Under the pieces are notes generated by a model. It searched no databases. It was given only the letters and a program-made list of their open reading frames with translations, and was not told the origin of the DNA. A DNA stretch of 64,000 bases, from contig CAVYLN010000001.1 in assembly GCA_963769435.1 (NCBI GenBank), positions 84,522 through 148,521 of the forward strand, in the 5' to 3' direction. Position numbers and translations under genes: made by a program. How positions within the stretch are numbered: position 1 is the first letter of the stretch; the number at the start of each line of letters is the position of its first letter. The DNA is from an uncultured Actinomycetota bacterium. Lineage in GTDB: Bacteria; Actinomycetota; Actinomycetes; S36-B12; UBA10799. Shown in pieces: positions 1 to 10,308 of this stretch.

Positions 1-216
1 TGGACCAGCACCGGCCTGGCCCTGGGACTGGCGCTGTCAGTGCCCGTCTCCGGAGTGATCATCGATTCCCGCGGGGCGCATGTCGCATACCTGGTCACGG
101 CGGGTTGCGCCGTTGTGGCCTGCGCCGTGAGTTGGGCCGGATCCTCAACGGTGCACCGGGCAGAGGTGCGAGCGCTGGACATCATCGCCGGCAAGCTCGT
201 GACTGGACAGGGCTGA
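1..216 (+). CDS. 3' end of a membrane (transporter-like) protein gene; 5' part lies outside the window
   Basis: Frame 1 is open from base 1 to TGA at 214-216. The translation WTSTGLALGLALSVPVSGVIID...LVTAGCAVVACAVSW looks like TM helices and has G/C-rich third positions. No family-specific motif recognised. Confidence 0.35.
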   Translation, partial: WTSTGLALGLALSVPVSGVIIDSRGAHVAYLVTAGCAVVACAVSWAGSSTVHRAEVRALDIIAGKLVTGQG

Positions 217-336
217 CGGGGTCCCACCATGGCGTCCGCGCGGCAGGACACGCCGCACGCCGCCGATCGACCTCGTCAACCCGCCCATCTGAGACACTGA
301 CATCGGCCATCACGACACCTTGGGGGTTGGCGCAGA

Positions 337-996
337 ATGCGGGAATTGCAGTTCGAGCGACTGTCCGACGACGGATCGCACTTCGTCCTCGTTGACAGCC
401 GGGGCGTTCAGTACCAGCTGCCCGTCGACGAGGACCTGGCCGCCGCCGCAAGGCGCGGCTTGCAGCGCTCCTCGGCCAAGGCGCCGACCGGCACGATCAC
501 ACCCCGTGACATCCAGTCCCTGATACGCACAGGCATAAGTATCGATCAGGTGGTCGACCAGACAGGTTTGAGCCAGGACTTCGTGCAGAGGTTCGCGGAG
601 CCCGTCCTGGCGGAGATGGATTTCGTGATCCAGCGCGCCCGCCGCCTTGCGATCTACACCGCCGGGCAGCAGATTCCCGTGGAGGAGATCGTCGATCGCG
701 CTGCACGAGCGGCAGATGTTCCCACCGACGAGTTGGTGTGGTCCTGCCGGAAGGTCGAGGATGCGACGTGGCGTATCGACGCGGCCGCCGACGGCTCCGA
801 TGTCCTCGGCCTCATCTTCCGTGTCAGCGAAGGCACCCTGACCCCCGCGGACGCGCAGACCGCCGGCCTGCTGAAGCAGACGACGGAGGGTCGTCGACCT
901 CACGGAGGGCGGGACCTCGACGCTACCGAGGCACTGGGATGCGCAACACCCGGCGGCGAAGGCGGCCGTGGCCGCGAGGTCGTCCCACGGCAGTGA
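337..996 (+). CDS. sepH: SepH-like cell-division protein (DUF3071 N-terminal domain)
   Basis: 219-aa ORF. The N-terminus MRELQFERLSDDGSHFVLVD..YQLPVDEDL and ITPRDIQSLIRTGISIDQV match my recollection of actinobacterial SepH/DUF3071. The 3' end is uncertain: third-position G/C drops after ~880, while the adjacent frame (stop 1037-1039) looks more coding. Confidence 0.65.
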   Translation: MRELQFERLSDDGSHFVLVDSRGVQYQLPVDEDLAAAARRGLQRSSAKAPTGTITPRDIQSLIRTGISIDQVVDQTGLSQDFVQRFAEPVLAEMDFVIQRARRLAIYTAGQQIPVEEIVDRAARAADVPTDELVWSCRKVEDATWRIDAAADGSDVLGLIFRVSEGTLTPADAQTAGLLKQTTEGRRPHGGRDLDATEALGCATPGGEGGRGREVVPRQ

Positions 997-1055
997 TCAG
1001 GATGCACCACCCAGCGACGACCCCAGCCGGATCTTCTAGGCGTCCGCGGGCACCC

Positions 1056-1646
1056 TCACCCGGAGGTGACCGCGATCAGCGAGGCCGCGAAACGCAGAGT
1101 GGCACGCACCACGTCATCGCCATCGGCGGCTCGCGACACCCGCAAACTCCAGTCGTCCATGGCGAGGGCACCGGTGTACCCGTGATCCGCTTCGCATTGG
1201 GGGTCGCCGCAGGTGGCGGGTTCTAGATCGATCCTGCTCAGACTCCCCCAATTCACCGTGAGCACCACCTCGGAGGGAAGGTCACCGGGACGGAAGTGTG
1301 CCGGGTTGTCAACGACCCGCTGGACGACCACCGGACCGATCCGCTTCAGGGGAACCGACTCGGACGCCGAGGTCGCCTGGATGTTCCCCATCGGTTGGCC
1401 GTCCGAGTGCTCGTCCACATGGACCACCAGCAGCCTCGTGCCCGTGAGGAGCAGGACCGTGATGTGGCGCCGGATCTCGTCGGCCCGATCGAAGGTCGTC
1501 TCGTGCTGGACGATGAAGTCTGCGACCGCCTCACCGACCAGAGCGTTGTCCAGCGCGTCCTGCACCACGTCCGGGTAGTAACCGGTTCGTTCGATCGCTT
1601 CGGCCAGAGTGGGTTGGGCCGGTGCCGGTGTCGCCATGCGACCCAT
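1056..1646 (-). CDS. conserved actinobacterial hypothetical protein (DUF5998-like)
   Basis: 196-aa ORF with strong G/C3 bias, immediately downstream of the pat-like gene on the same strand. I recall this pairing for DUF5998 proteins. No catalytic motif recognised. Confidence 0.5.
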   Translation of the reverse strand: MGRMATPAPAQPTLAEAIERTGYYPDVVQDALDNALVGEAVADFIVQHETTFDRADEIRRHITVLLLTGTRLLVVHVDEHSDGQPMGNIQATSASESVPLKRIGPVVVQRVVDNPAHFRPGDLPSEVVLTVNWGSLSRIDLEPATCGDPQCEADHGYTGALAMDDWSLRVSRAADGDDVVRATLRFAASLIAVTSG

Positions 1647-1696
1647 TTTGACATCTGCCGCCCGTCAGCAGGATCCGTGCGGCACTTATCCCCACA

Positions 1697-4434
1697 TCAG
1701 CCTGGAAGACGCCTTGCCTCGAGATCGGCCCGGATCAGGGCCGGGCCACACCATGCCGCACCTCCGACGACGGAAAGGCTGCGTCCGGACACGATGATCG
1801 GGTTCAGTTCCAGCCGGGTGATCTCGGGCAGATCGTCGGCGAGTTGCCCGACCCTGTGGATGAGCCCGGCGAGTAGTTCGATGTCGACCGGAGGCGAGTC
1901 CCGGTAGCCGAACAGCAGGGGCGCCGCCTTGGGCGCCTTGATCAGGTCGTCCACGTCCCGGTCAGTCAGCGGCGGGATCCGGTAGCCGCGGTCTCCCAAC
2001 AACCGCGTCACTTCACCGGCGATGCCGAAGGAGACGACCGGCCCGAACAGCGCGTCCTCGCGCTTCTCCACCACACAGGCAACACCCGCGGGCGCCTGCC
2101 GCTGCAGGACCAGTCGCTTCTGTGCTTCAGGTGGCAAAGTGGCGATCATCGACAGGTAGGAGGTGCGCACGGCCGCCTCGTTCTCGAGTTGATCCGCACA
2201 CCGCCCAGATCCGGACGGTGGGCCAGGCCGGGATGTGCGGTCTTCAGCACGATCGGATAGCCGACTTCCCGCGCCACCGACACCGCCTGGGACTCACTGC
2301 CCACGAGGTGGGACTCCCACAAGTGGATTCCGTAGCAGTCCAACACCTGGCGCAGGTCGTCATTGTCCACCGGCACCAGCGACTGCTGACCATGCGCGGC
2401 GATGGCACGGTCGCGGATCCCCTGCATCACCGCGTGTGCCCTGCGTGGCGACACGTCGGGCAGGTCCGGGACCGAACCTCGTGGGGTCTCCAGCCAGCGG
2501 GCGTACCTGACCAGGGTGGACAGCGACTTCACGGCGGACTCCACCTCGTGGAAGACCGGGACCGATCCACGTCCCGGCAGTCCGTGGGGACCATCGATCG
2601 CGATCACTCGTCGGTCATGGTCCTCGGCCATCAGCACCGCCACCAACGGCTTGGTGGAGTTCTCCGCCAACTCCCGTAGGGCTTCTCGTACGTCCTCACT
2701 GCCGCCGCGGATCACGGGTACGTGCAGCACGATCACAGCATCGGAGTCCGGATCGGCGATGGCCGTTCCGACGGCCGACTCCAGTTGACCCAGATCTGTC
2801 GTGTGATCCAGCAGGACCGGGTCCCCCACCACGTCCAGGCCGTTGGCCTCGCACGCATCAGCGGTGAGCACTCCCAGTGCGTCGCTGTTGCCGATGACCG
2901 CGACCCTGCGACCTTTCGGCAGTGGCTGAAACGTCAGCATTCCGGCGACGTCGAACAGGTCGGACAGCGAGTCAACCTGCATCACGCCGGCCTGCTCGAA
3001 CATCGCATCGATCGCCTCAGTGGGCAGCGCCGTACGCCGCACCGTGTGGCCGAGCGGCAACGACTGGGTACTGCGCCCGGATCGCACTGCGACGATCGGC
3101 TTGCGGGCTCCCAGGCGTCGGGCCACGCGCGCGAACTTGCGCGGGTTTCCGATGCTCTCCAGATACAACAACACCAGGGAGGTTGAGTCGTCGTCCTCCC
3201 AGTACTGCAGAAGGTCGTTGGCACTGACGTCGGCGCGGTTCCCGGCAGACACGAACGTTGACACGCCGAGGCCGCGTTCGTTGGCCTGCATCAGCAGGGA
3301 TGCGCCGAGTGCCCCTGACTGGGCGAAGAATCCGATGCGTCCGCGTGGCACCTTGGCCGGAATCAAAGAGGCGTTGAGCTGCACCCGCGGGTCGGTGTTG
3401 ATGATCCCCAGAGCGTTCGGCCCGATGATCCGCATCCCGTTGACACGCGCGTGCTGGAGCAGTCGCTGTTGAAGGTGGCGGCCCTGTTCACCGGCCTCGG
3501 CGAAACCCGCACTCACAACCACCGCACCGAGCACCCCCGCCCGCCCACAGTCGGTGATCGCGTCCAGGACCTGCTCGGCCGGCAGTGCGATCACGACCAG
3601 GTCGATCGGCGAGGGCGCGCTGGCAAGCGTCGGGAAACACGGAACGCCGTCGATCATCTCGGCCTCCGGATGAATGCCCACGAGTGGCCCTGTGAAATCG
3701 GCCCGACGCAGATTCTGCAGGAGGGCGTGCCCGACCGTTCCCTCTCGCCGGCTGGCCCCCATGAGTGCAACCGACCTGGGAGCCAGGAGGGAGGCCACGG
3801 AGCGCGCTTCCGCCCGGTGCTCGCGGGCTTGCATGACCTCGCGGGAGCTTTGTGTGGGACTGATGTCGAAATGGAGTTTCACGACGCCCTCGTCCATCGA
3901 CTGGGTCGGCCGATAGCCTGCCTCCTCGAACGTGGCCAGCATTCTGCGATTGGTGGGCAGCACCTCCGCGACGAACCTGGTGATACCCCGCTCCCGCGCC
4001 GCCACCGCGATGTGCTCGAGCAGGATGGACCCCAAGCCGCGGCCCTGGTGGTAGTCGCTGATCACGAACGCGACCTCAGCCTCCGCACGGTCGATCCGGT
4101 CGTAGCGGCCGACACCGATGATCTGGCCTCCGGCCACTGCCACCAGCGCAACCCGGTCCACGTAGTCGACCTGTGTGAACCGGTCCAGGTCCTTCTCGCT
4201 GAGTTTCGGGTACGGGGCGAAGAAGCGGTAGTACACCGTCTCCGCCGAGAGGCCTTCGTGGAACGCGGCGAGGGCATCGTGATCAGCGGCCCGGATCGGG
4301 CGGATATGGCACACCCGACCATCGCGCAGGATGACGTCGGCCTCCCAGTGCTGCGGATACTCCGGCGGCAGGTCCTGCGAGGTCATGGGACCACCGTATC
4401 GATGCCGGCCGAGCAGCACCCGGCATCGCGACAC
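1697..4434 (-). pseudogene. pat: Pat-type protein acetyltransferase (N-terminal GNAT plus NDP-forming acyl-CoA synthetase-like CoA-binding/ATP-grasp domains), split by one frame break near 2194
   Basis: Two same-strand ORFs: 2146..4434 (762 aa) and 1697..2170 (157 aa). A GNAT signature (QGRGLGSILLEHIAVAARERGITRF) is followed by CoA-binding and ATP-grasp regions. The first frame ends ..LGGVRINSRTRR*, while the adjacent frame continues DQLENEAAVRTSYLSMIATL.. to a family-like C-terminus. One extra G in the GG run (CC at 2194-2195 on +) restores a single ~910-aa frame. Confidence 0.8.
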
Positions 4435-4489
4435 GCAGGGGGGTGGATGGGCGGCGTATCAGCCTGACGACCCGCTACAATTCTTCCGT

Positions 4490-4518
4490 TTGCACCAAAA
4501 TTCGCTAATGACTATGTT
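4490..4518 (+). promoter_or_regulatory. candidate SigA-type promoter (-35 TTGCAC, 17-nt spacer, -10 TATGTT)
   Basis: TTGCAC at 4490-4495 and TATGTT at 4513-4518, in the locally AT-richer part of the 4435-4587 intergenic region and ~70 nt upstream of the SD-preceded ATG at 4588. Motif match only. Confidence 0.3.
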
Positions 4519-4587
4519 GTCAACGGCCGATACTCCGGTCGTGGGACACCTGAACAAGCCCACCTACACGCATCCTGGAGGTGCCTG

Positions 4588-4740
4588 ATGACCGCCGACT
4601 TGGGCATTCTTACCCAGCGGGCCCAGCTACTCAGCGCACGCATCGAGAACACTGTCGATCCAGAACTGCGCGACAACCTCATGAGCGACCGCGAGAAGAT
4701 CCTGGCTCAGATCGAGTCCCTGCAAGAGTCCGCTGCCTGA
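4588..4740 (+). CDS. small hypothetical protein (50 aa, helical/coiled-coil-like)
   Basis: Below the ORF-track size cut-off. ATG at 4588 is preceded by GGAGG (4577-4581) at 6-nt spacing. Translation: MTADLGILTQRAQLLSARIENTVDPELRDNLMSDREKILAQIESLQESAA, with mostly G/C third positions. It ends 47 nt before parC. Confidence 0.45.
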   Translation: MTADLGILTQRAQLLSARIENTVDPELRDNLMSDREKILAQIESLQESAA

Positions 4741-4787
4741 CGCGCAGAACGGTCAAGCACCCCTGCACACTTCTGAGCGTGTGCTGA

Positions 4788-7223
4788 GTGACAATGAGGC
4801 CCATGGCCTCTGGAACGCTGCTACCCCCTGACGAGGGGCACGTGACGGATATCGACGTCTCCGAGGAGATGAAGTCCAGTTTCCTCACGTACGCCTATTC
4901 GGTCATCTACTCCAGAGCGCTCCCAGACGCGCGGGACGGCCTCAAGCCGGTGCAGCGTCGGATCCTGTATCAGATGGGCCAGATGGGCCTGTCCCACGAT
5001 CGCGGTCACGTGAAGAGCGCCCGAGTGGTCGGCGAAGTGATGGGCCGTCTACACCCGCACGGGGAATCGGCCATCTACGACGCCCTGGTGCGCATGGCCC
5101 AACCCTTCTCCATGCGCCTGCCTTTCGTGGACGGTCACGGCAACTTCGGCTCCCCCGACGACGGGCCGGCAGCCATGCGCTACACGGAGTGCCGACTGGC
5201 CGCGGCCGCAGCGCCGATGCTCGAAGGCATCGACGAGGACGTCGTCGACTTCGGCCCCAACTATGACGGCCGCGAGATCCAGCCCGAGGTGTTGCCGGCT
5301 GCAGTTCCCGCCCTGCTCGTCAACGGGACCACCGGGATCGCGGTCGGCATGGCCACGAACATGGCACCGCACAACCTCGGCGAGGTCGTCGCCGCGGCCC
5401 GTCATCTGCTCAAGCACCCCCGCGCCACGCTCGAGACGCTCATGCGGTTCGTCCCTGGCCCGGATCTGCCGACCGGTGGACAGATCATCGGGCTCGAAGG
5501 ACTGCGCGACGCCTACGAGGGCGGCCGTGGATCCTTCAAGATCCGGGCCACCGCCGAGGTGGAGTCCCTTACCCCGCGCAAGCGAGGCATCGTCATCACC
5601 GAGTTGCCATACAACGTCGGCGCCGAGCGGATCATCGAAAAGATCAAGGAACTGCACGACGCCAAGAAGATCACCGGTGTCTCAGCGGTGACCGACCTGT
5701 CGGATGGGGAGCAGGGCATCCGGCTGGTGATCGAGGTGAAGAGCGGCTTCAACCCCGACGCGGTCCTCTCGGACCTCTACCGGCTCACCCCGCTGGAGGA
5801 CAACTTCACCATCAACGCCGTCGCCCTCGTGGACGGTGCGCCGAAGACCCTGGGCCTGCGGGAGTTGCTCCAGGTGTTCCTCGATCACCGCACGGTGGTC
5901 ATCCGCCGCCGCAGCGCCTTCCGTCTGAAGAAGGCCCAGGCCCGCCTCCACCTCGTCGAGGGGCTGCTCATTGCGATCCTGGACATCGACGAGGTCATTC
6001 AGGTCATCCGCGGCAGCGACGACACGGCCGCCGCCCGCGAGCGGCTCATGAGCATCTTCGATCTGAGCCTGGAACAGACCAACTACATCCTTGAGATGCC
6101 GTTGCGGCGGCTTACGAAGTTCTCGAGGATCGAACTGGAAGCCGAACGTGACCAGTTGCACGCCACCATCGCAAGCCTCGAGGAACTTCTCCGCAGCGAA
6201 GAGGTCCTCAAGAACACGCTCGACCAGGAACTCGCCGCGGTGGCCGAATCGTTCGGGACACCGCGCCGTACTGTTCTGCTGGATTCCGCTGGACCAACCG
6301 TTTCCCCCGAGTCACTCGAGATCCCAGACGAGCAGTGCCAGGTTCTGGTCTCGGCCACCGGGATGGCAGCTCGCACGCCGTCCACGGTCACGGTCAACGC
6401 GGGAGCCAAACGGATGCCACACGATGCGCTCAGAAACATCATCGCCTCCACCACCCGATCCCAGGTAGCGGTCATCACGTCGGACGCCAGGGTCCTGCCG
6501 CTGGACGTCGTCGACCTGCCAAGCCTTCCCGACACAGCGGACTCCCCTTCGCTCAAGGCGACCGTCGCGATCCGTGACTACCTTCACCTTCCCGCCGACG
6601 CCAATGTGGTCGGTGTGGTCGACTCGGGCGCGACGATCGCGCTGGTCACCGCGCAAGGGCGTGTCAAGCGGCTAGTCGTGGAGCCGGGCATGAAGCAACT
6701 CATGGCCCTCGAGGACAAGGACGCCCTCGTAGCCGCGTTCGCCTGCGAGCCGTCTCAGGACATCGTGTTCATCAGTTCCACCGGGCAGCTGCTCCGTACG
6801 GGCATCGACACCGTTCCGGTCCAGGGTGCCGGCGCGCGCGGCGTGGCGGGCATGAAACTCAAAGACGGGGCTCTTGTGGTGGCGGCGGGCGCGGGCGGCC
6901 CCCGTTCGACAGTGGTCACGGTCGCTGGCAGCGGATCTTCTGCCAGCAGCATCAAGGTCACCGGCTTGGAGGCCTTCCCCCGCACCGGCCGGGATGGCGT
7001 GGGAGTCCGCTGCCACCGCCTGCTGGCCGCCGAGTCGGCGTTGATCGCCGGCTGGATCGGTGAAACCCCGCTGGCATCTTCGCCCGCAGGCAAACCGCTC
7101 CCGCTGCCCGAGCCGGACGACCGCCGGGACGCCTCTGGGTCGACCAGCCCGGCGGCGAAGATCGTGATCGGATCGGCGGCTCCTTCGCGGGAGTCGACGG
7201 ACTCAGGGCTGCTGTTCGATTAA
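4788..7223 (+). CDS. parC: DNA topoisomerase IV subunit A (GyrA/ParC family)
   Basis: 811-aa ORF with [12 protein letters not shown] and the active-site Tyr region [11 protein letters not shown] saw no GyrA-box. It is not adjacent to its B-subunit partner at 11816..13882, as is usual for actinobacterial parC/parE. Confidence 0.88.
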   Translation: MTMRPMASGTLLPPDEGHVTDIDVSEEMKSSFLTYAYSVIYSRALPDARDGLKPVQRRILYQMGQMGLSHDRGHVKSARVVGEVMGRLHPHGESAIYDALVRMAQPFSMRLPFVDGHGNFGSPDDGPAAMRYTECRLAAAAAPMLEGIDEDVVDFGPNYDGREIQPEVLPAAVPALLVNGTTGIAVGMATNMAPHNLGEVVAAARHLLKHPRATLETLMRFVPGPDLPTGGQIIGLEGLRDAYEGGRGSFKIRATAEVESLTPRKRGIVITELPYNVGAERIIEKIKELHDAKKITGVSAVTDLSDGEQGIRLVIEVKSGFNPDAVLSDLYRLTPLEDNFTINAVALVDGAPKTLGLRELLQVFLDHRTVVIRRRSAFRLKKAQARLHLVEGLLIAILDIDEVIQVIRGSDDTAAARERLMSIFDLSLEQTNYILEMPLRRLTKFSRIELEAERDQLHATIASLEELLRSEEVLKNTLDQELAAVAESFGTPRRTVLLDSAGPTVSPESLEIPDEQCQVLVSATGMAARTPSTVTVNAGAKRMPHDALRNIIASTTRSQVAVITSDARVLPLDVVDLPSLPDTADSPSLKATVAIRDYLHLPADANVVGVVDSGATIALVTAQGRVKRLVVEPGMKQLMALEDKDALVAAFACEPSQDIVFISSTGQLLRTGIDTVPVQGAGARGVAGMKLKDGALVVAAGAGGPRSTVVTVAGSGSSASSIKVTGLEAFPRTGRDGVGVRCHRLLAAESALIAGWIGETPLASSPAGKPLPLPEPDDRRDASGSTSPAAKIVIGSAAPSRESTDSGLLFD

Positions 7224-7236
7224 CCCTGGTGGGTAC

Positions 7237-7254
7237 GGCCTCCAACAGGAGGCC
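7237..7254 (+). terminator. hairpin 14 nt downstream of the parC stop (GGCCTCC-AACA-GGAGGCC)
   Basis: Perfect 7-bp G/C-rich stem with a 4-nt loop directly after the TAA at 7221-7223. No immediate U-tract; a T5 run follows ~30 nt later. Confidence 0.3.
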
Positions 7255-7368
7255 CCAGACGGCTTCGGCGTAGTCTAGGCACTGGGTTTTTGCCGCGTGA
7301 TCGCCGCACAGCTGTGAATCCTGGAGTGACGGCGACCGTCGCGGGAAGACCCCGCGGAGGGAGTCACG

Positions 7369-8839
7369 ATGCACACCAGTCCGGCAAGCGAACCTCGGTC
7401 AATACGACCCACATCACCACTACTGGTGTTGGTGAGCGTTCTGATCGCGGCAGCGACCGTCCTGTTGCCCGGTACAGCACTCGCTGCGCCCACCGACACC
7501 CCACCACCGTCGTCCCCGCTGGAGCAGGTCCAGGCACTCGTACAGCCGACGGTCGTTTACGAACAGATCACCTGGACCGGGTACGTGTACGACGAGACCA
7601 ATGACGGCTACTTCACCCAGGAGCCGTTCACGACCTCGTTCCAGTGCACCGGCTTCGTGGTCAACCCCGATGGGTACGTTGCCACGGCAGGTCACTGCGT
7701 GGACTACGACCAGACTGTGCAGGACGCGATCTTGAGCCAAGTCGTGCAGTGGGCGTTCGACAACGAGTACTACGCTGCGAAGCCGTCCAAGTCGACCATC
7801 GCAACGTTCGCCCGCAACTGGCGCATCGACGGGGCGAGCACCGAGGGCAGGCCGGACCTCGATGTGTCGGTCGCATACGGGGTGAGCGTTTCCGGGGAGC
7901 CCAGCGGCAAGGCCCTCCCCGCGCGAGTCGTGAATGTGCGCCCAGTCGGGCAGGGGGATGTTGCACTGCTCAAGATCGAGGCCCGCGATCTCACGGTGGC
8001 ACCCCTGTCCGACAACGCCACGACCGGCGTGGGGACCGAGGTCGTCTCCATCGGCTACCCGGCGTCGGTCGATCTGGTGACCGACGTCGATTTCAACCCC
8101 AGTTTCAAAGAGGGCACGATCAGCGCTGAGAAGACCACCGACGCGGGTCTGCTCCAGGTGTACGAGATCAGCGCGGCGGTGTCGGGAGGGATGAGCGGAG
8201 GTCCCACGGTCGGTCTCGACGGGGATGTCATCGGTGTCAACAGTTTCAAGATCTCCGGTGAGACACAGCCATTCAACTTCGTCCAACCCTCACAGACGCT
8301 CGAGGAACTGATGCGCGGTGAGGGTGTCGACAACACCCCCGGCGAGGTCACGGAGAAGTACCGGGCGGGTCTTCAGGCATACTTCGCGGGCGATGGGCAG
8401 GCAGCCGTCTCCGACTTCGAGGAAGTCCTGCAGCGCGTCCCCAGCCACCAGTTCGCCCAGGAGTACCTGCGCAAGGCCCAGGAGTTGCCCGGCTCGTCCT
8501 CTCTACCCCTGGTGTGGATCGCATTGGGCCTCGCGGTTCTCGTGCTCATCGTGGTGGTCATCGTGGTCGTCGCGCGAACGCGCCGGGGCAGCCCGTCCGC
8601 GCCGACAGCGGGCACCGTCCCCGGCCCCGGTCGTCCAGCCTGCCGCCGAGGTCGAGCCCGCAGCCCCGCCGAGCGAAGTCCAGCCTGCCGCCGAGCAGGC
8701 TGTGGAGACAGTGCCCGAACCACCATCCACCGAACCACCATCGGACGGCGGCGAGGACCTGTTCTGCTCCCAGTGCGGCCGGCCGCACGGACCGGATGAC
8801 CGCTTCTGTCCGCGATGCGGGCATCAGCTTCAGCCGTAG
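7369..8839 (+). pseudogene. secreted trypsin-like (S1) serine protease with TM anchor and C-terminal zinc ribbon; frame break near 8619-8632
   Basis: The 476-aa ORF has a signal peptide (LLVLVSVLIAAATVLLPGTALA), a His motif TAGHCV, a Ser motif GMSGGP, a TPR-like helix pair and a TM helix (LPLVWIALGLAVLVLIVVVIVVV). After that it degenerates into an Arg-rich tail. The +1 frame (ORF 8318..8839) instead reads PVVQPAAEVEPAAPPSEVQPAAEQ...CSQCGRPHGPDDRFCPRCG, with better G/C3. Confidence 0.75.
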
Positions 8840-8860
8840 CAGTCCCACGTCGACGGCGAA

Positions 8861-9724
8861 CTACGAACAGACGGGCACTGTTTCCAGTCGATATCCGCGC
8901 GCACGCCAGCGAGGCAGCATCTCCGAGACCGCCGCGACAGTTGTGGCATGCGTGTCGTGCATCAGGATCACCGCACCCGGGCGGGTTGCCCGGCGCAGGC
9001 GTTCGACGGTCCAGGCCTTGTTGTGCGGCACCCAGTCCTCGATGTGCGCGGTCCACAGCACCGGCTGGAATCCGGCCTTGATCGACGCCGTTGCGACGCG
9101 CCGGTCGACCAATCCGTACGGCGGCCGCATGCAGTCACCCATGGCGGAGCCGACGGTCCTGCGCGTGCGACGCAGTTCACTGCGCACGGCGGCAGTCGGG
9201 ATCCTAGTCAAGCGGGGGTGACCCCACGTGTGGTTTCCGAGGGCGTGGCCCTGCCGCGCGATCCGGCGGATCAGACCTGGCCGGGAACGGGCGGCCGCAC
9301 CGGTGACGAAGAAGGTTGCTTCGGCCTGGTGCCTGCGCAGGCCCGCCAGCAGCGAGGCCGTGTGGCTGGAGGGCCCGTCGTCGAACGTCAGGTACAGCAC
9401 CTTGTCCGAGCGACGTGGGCCCACTGCAGCCCGGTACCACCCGGGCGGATTCGGTAGGCCCTGATCCATCTGCGCCGGGCCACTGCCCCTGTTCCACCGG
9501 ACGCGCACCTCTGGCAGGTCGTCTCGCTGATCGACGATGCCCGGCGCCCCGGTACTCGCGCTTCCCCCCAGGTCGAGGGAGCCGAGTGCGGAGGCGGAGG
9601 CGGAAGGCAGACCCGCTGCGGTCAGCCCGGCCAGCGCGAAGGCGACCGCACTCGCACGCACCGACATGTAACCCATTGTGCCACCGCGCGCGAAGACGCT
9701 TCTGTGTGAGCGGGCTTCGGTCAC
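8861..9724 (-). CDS. polysaccharide deacetylase (NodB homology domain), secreted
   Basis: 287-aa ORF with NodB motifs TFDDGP and GNHTWGHP, plus an N-terminal signal-like AVAFALAGLTAAGLPSASA. The true start may be an internal Met (9676 or 9667). Confidence 0.85.
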   Translation of the reverse strand: MTEARSHRSVFARGGTMGYMSVRASAVAFALAGLTAAGLPSASASALGSLDLGGSASTGAPGIVDQRDDLPEVRVRWNRGSGPAQMDQGLPNPPGWYRAAVGPRRSDKVLYLTFDDGPSSHTASLLAGLRRHQAEATFFVTGAAARSRPGLIRRIARQGHALGNHTWGHPRLTRIPTAAVRSELRRTRRTVGSAMGDCMRPPYGLVDRRVATASIKAGFQPVLWTAHIEDWVPHNKAWTVERLRRATRPGAVILMHDTHATTVAAVSEMLPRWRARGYRLETVPVCS

Positions 9725-9762
9725 GGCCTGCGACGGCCCCGTCGCCGACTAAACTGGTGCGT

Positions 9763-10308
9763 ATGGCGCTGCAGTCAGCAATGGTCCCCCTCGGAACGCC
9801 ACTTCCCGCAGTGAGCCTGCCCGACGTGGACGGTCAGCATCTCGACCTGCAGGCATACCGGGGCGAACAGCCACTGTTGGTCGTTTTCGCGTGCAACCAC
9901 TGCCCGTACGTCCGGCACGTCGAGCAGCTCCTTGGGCAGATGGTGAACACCGCGCCTCGGCTGCGGACTGTGGCGATCAATCCCAACGACCCCGTCTCCC
10001 ACCCCGAGGACGGGCCGGAAGGCATGCGTGAGCAGATTCTGCGGGCCGGCTGGACGTTCCCCTACCTCATCGATGCCACGCAGGACGTGGCACGGGAGTT
10101 CGGCGCGGTCTGCACGCCCGACTTCTTCCTGTACGACGACGGAGGGCGGCTGTCGTATCGCGGAGCCTTCGACACCAGCACTCCGAAGAACGGCGAGAAA
10201 CTCGACGGCCACCTGCTGGACGAGGCGATCGAGGCGGTGATCGCGGGTCGACCGGCACCCGAACCGCAACGACCCTCGATGGGTTGCGGCGTCAAGTGGC
10301 AGACGTGA
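9763..10308 (+). CDS. thioredoxin-fold thiol-disulfide oxidoreductase (AhpC/TSA-like)
   Basis: In-frame ATG at 9763 within ORF 9316..10308; the upstream part of that ORF is antisense to the deacetylase. CxxC motif in FACNHCPYV, and typical PDFFLYD / ..YRGAFD thioredoxin-like family features. Confidence 0.8.
   Translation: MALQSAMVPLGTPLPAVSLPDVDGQHLDLQAYRGEQPLLVVFACNHCPYVRHVEQLLGQMVNTAPRLRTVAINPNDPVSHPEDGPEGMREQILRAGWTFPYLIDATQDVAREFGAVCTPDFFLYDDGGRLSYRGAFDTSTPKNGEKLDGHLLDEAIEAVIAGRPAPEPQRPSMGCGVKWQT

Noticed and set aside
7369-8799. Taking the 476-aa protease ORF at face value, with its Arg-rich C-terminal tail
   Set aside because: The tail has poor third-position bias and no features. The +1 frame encodes repeats and a canonical zinc ribbon, so a frame break is more likely.
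9316-9762. N-terminal 149-aa extension of the thioredoxin-fold ORF
   Set aside because: It is antisense to the polysaccharide deacetylase gene and is Arg/Pro-rich. The family-length protein starts at the ATG at 9763.
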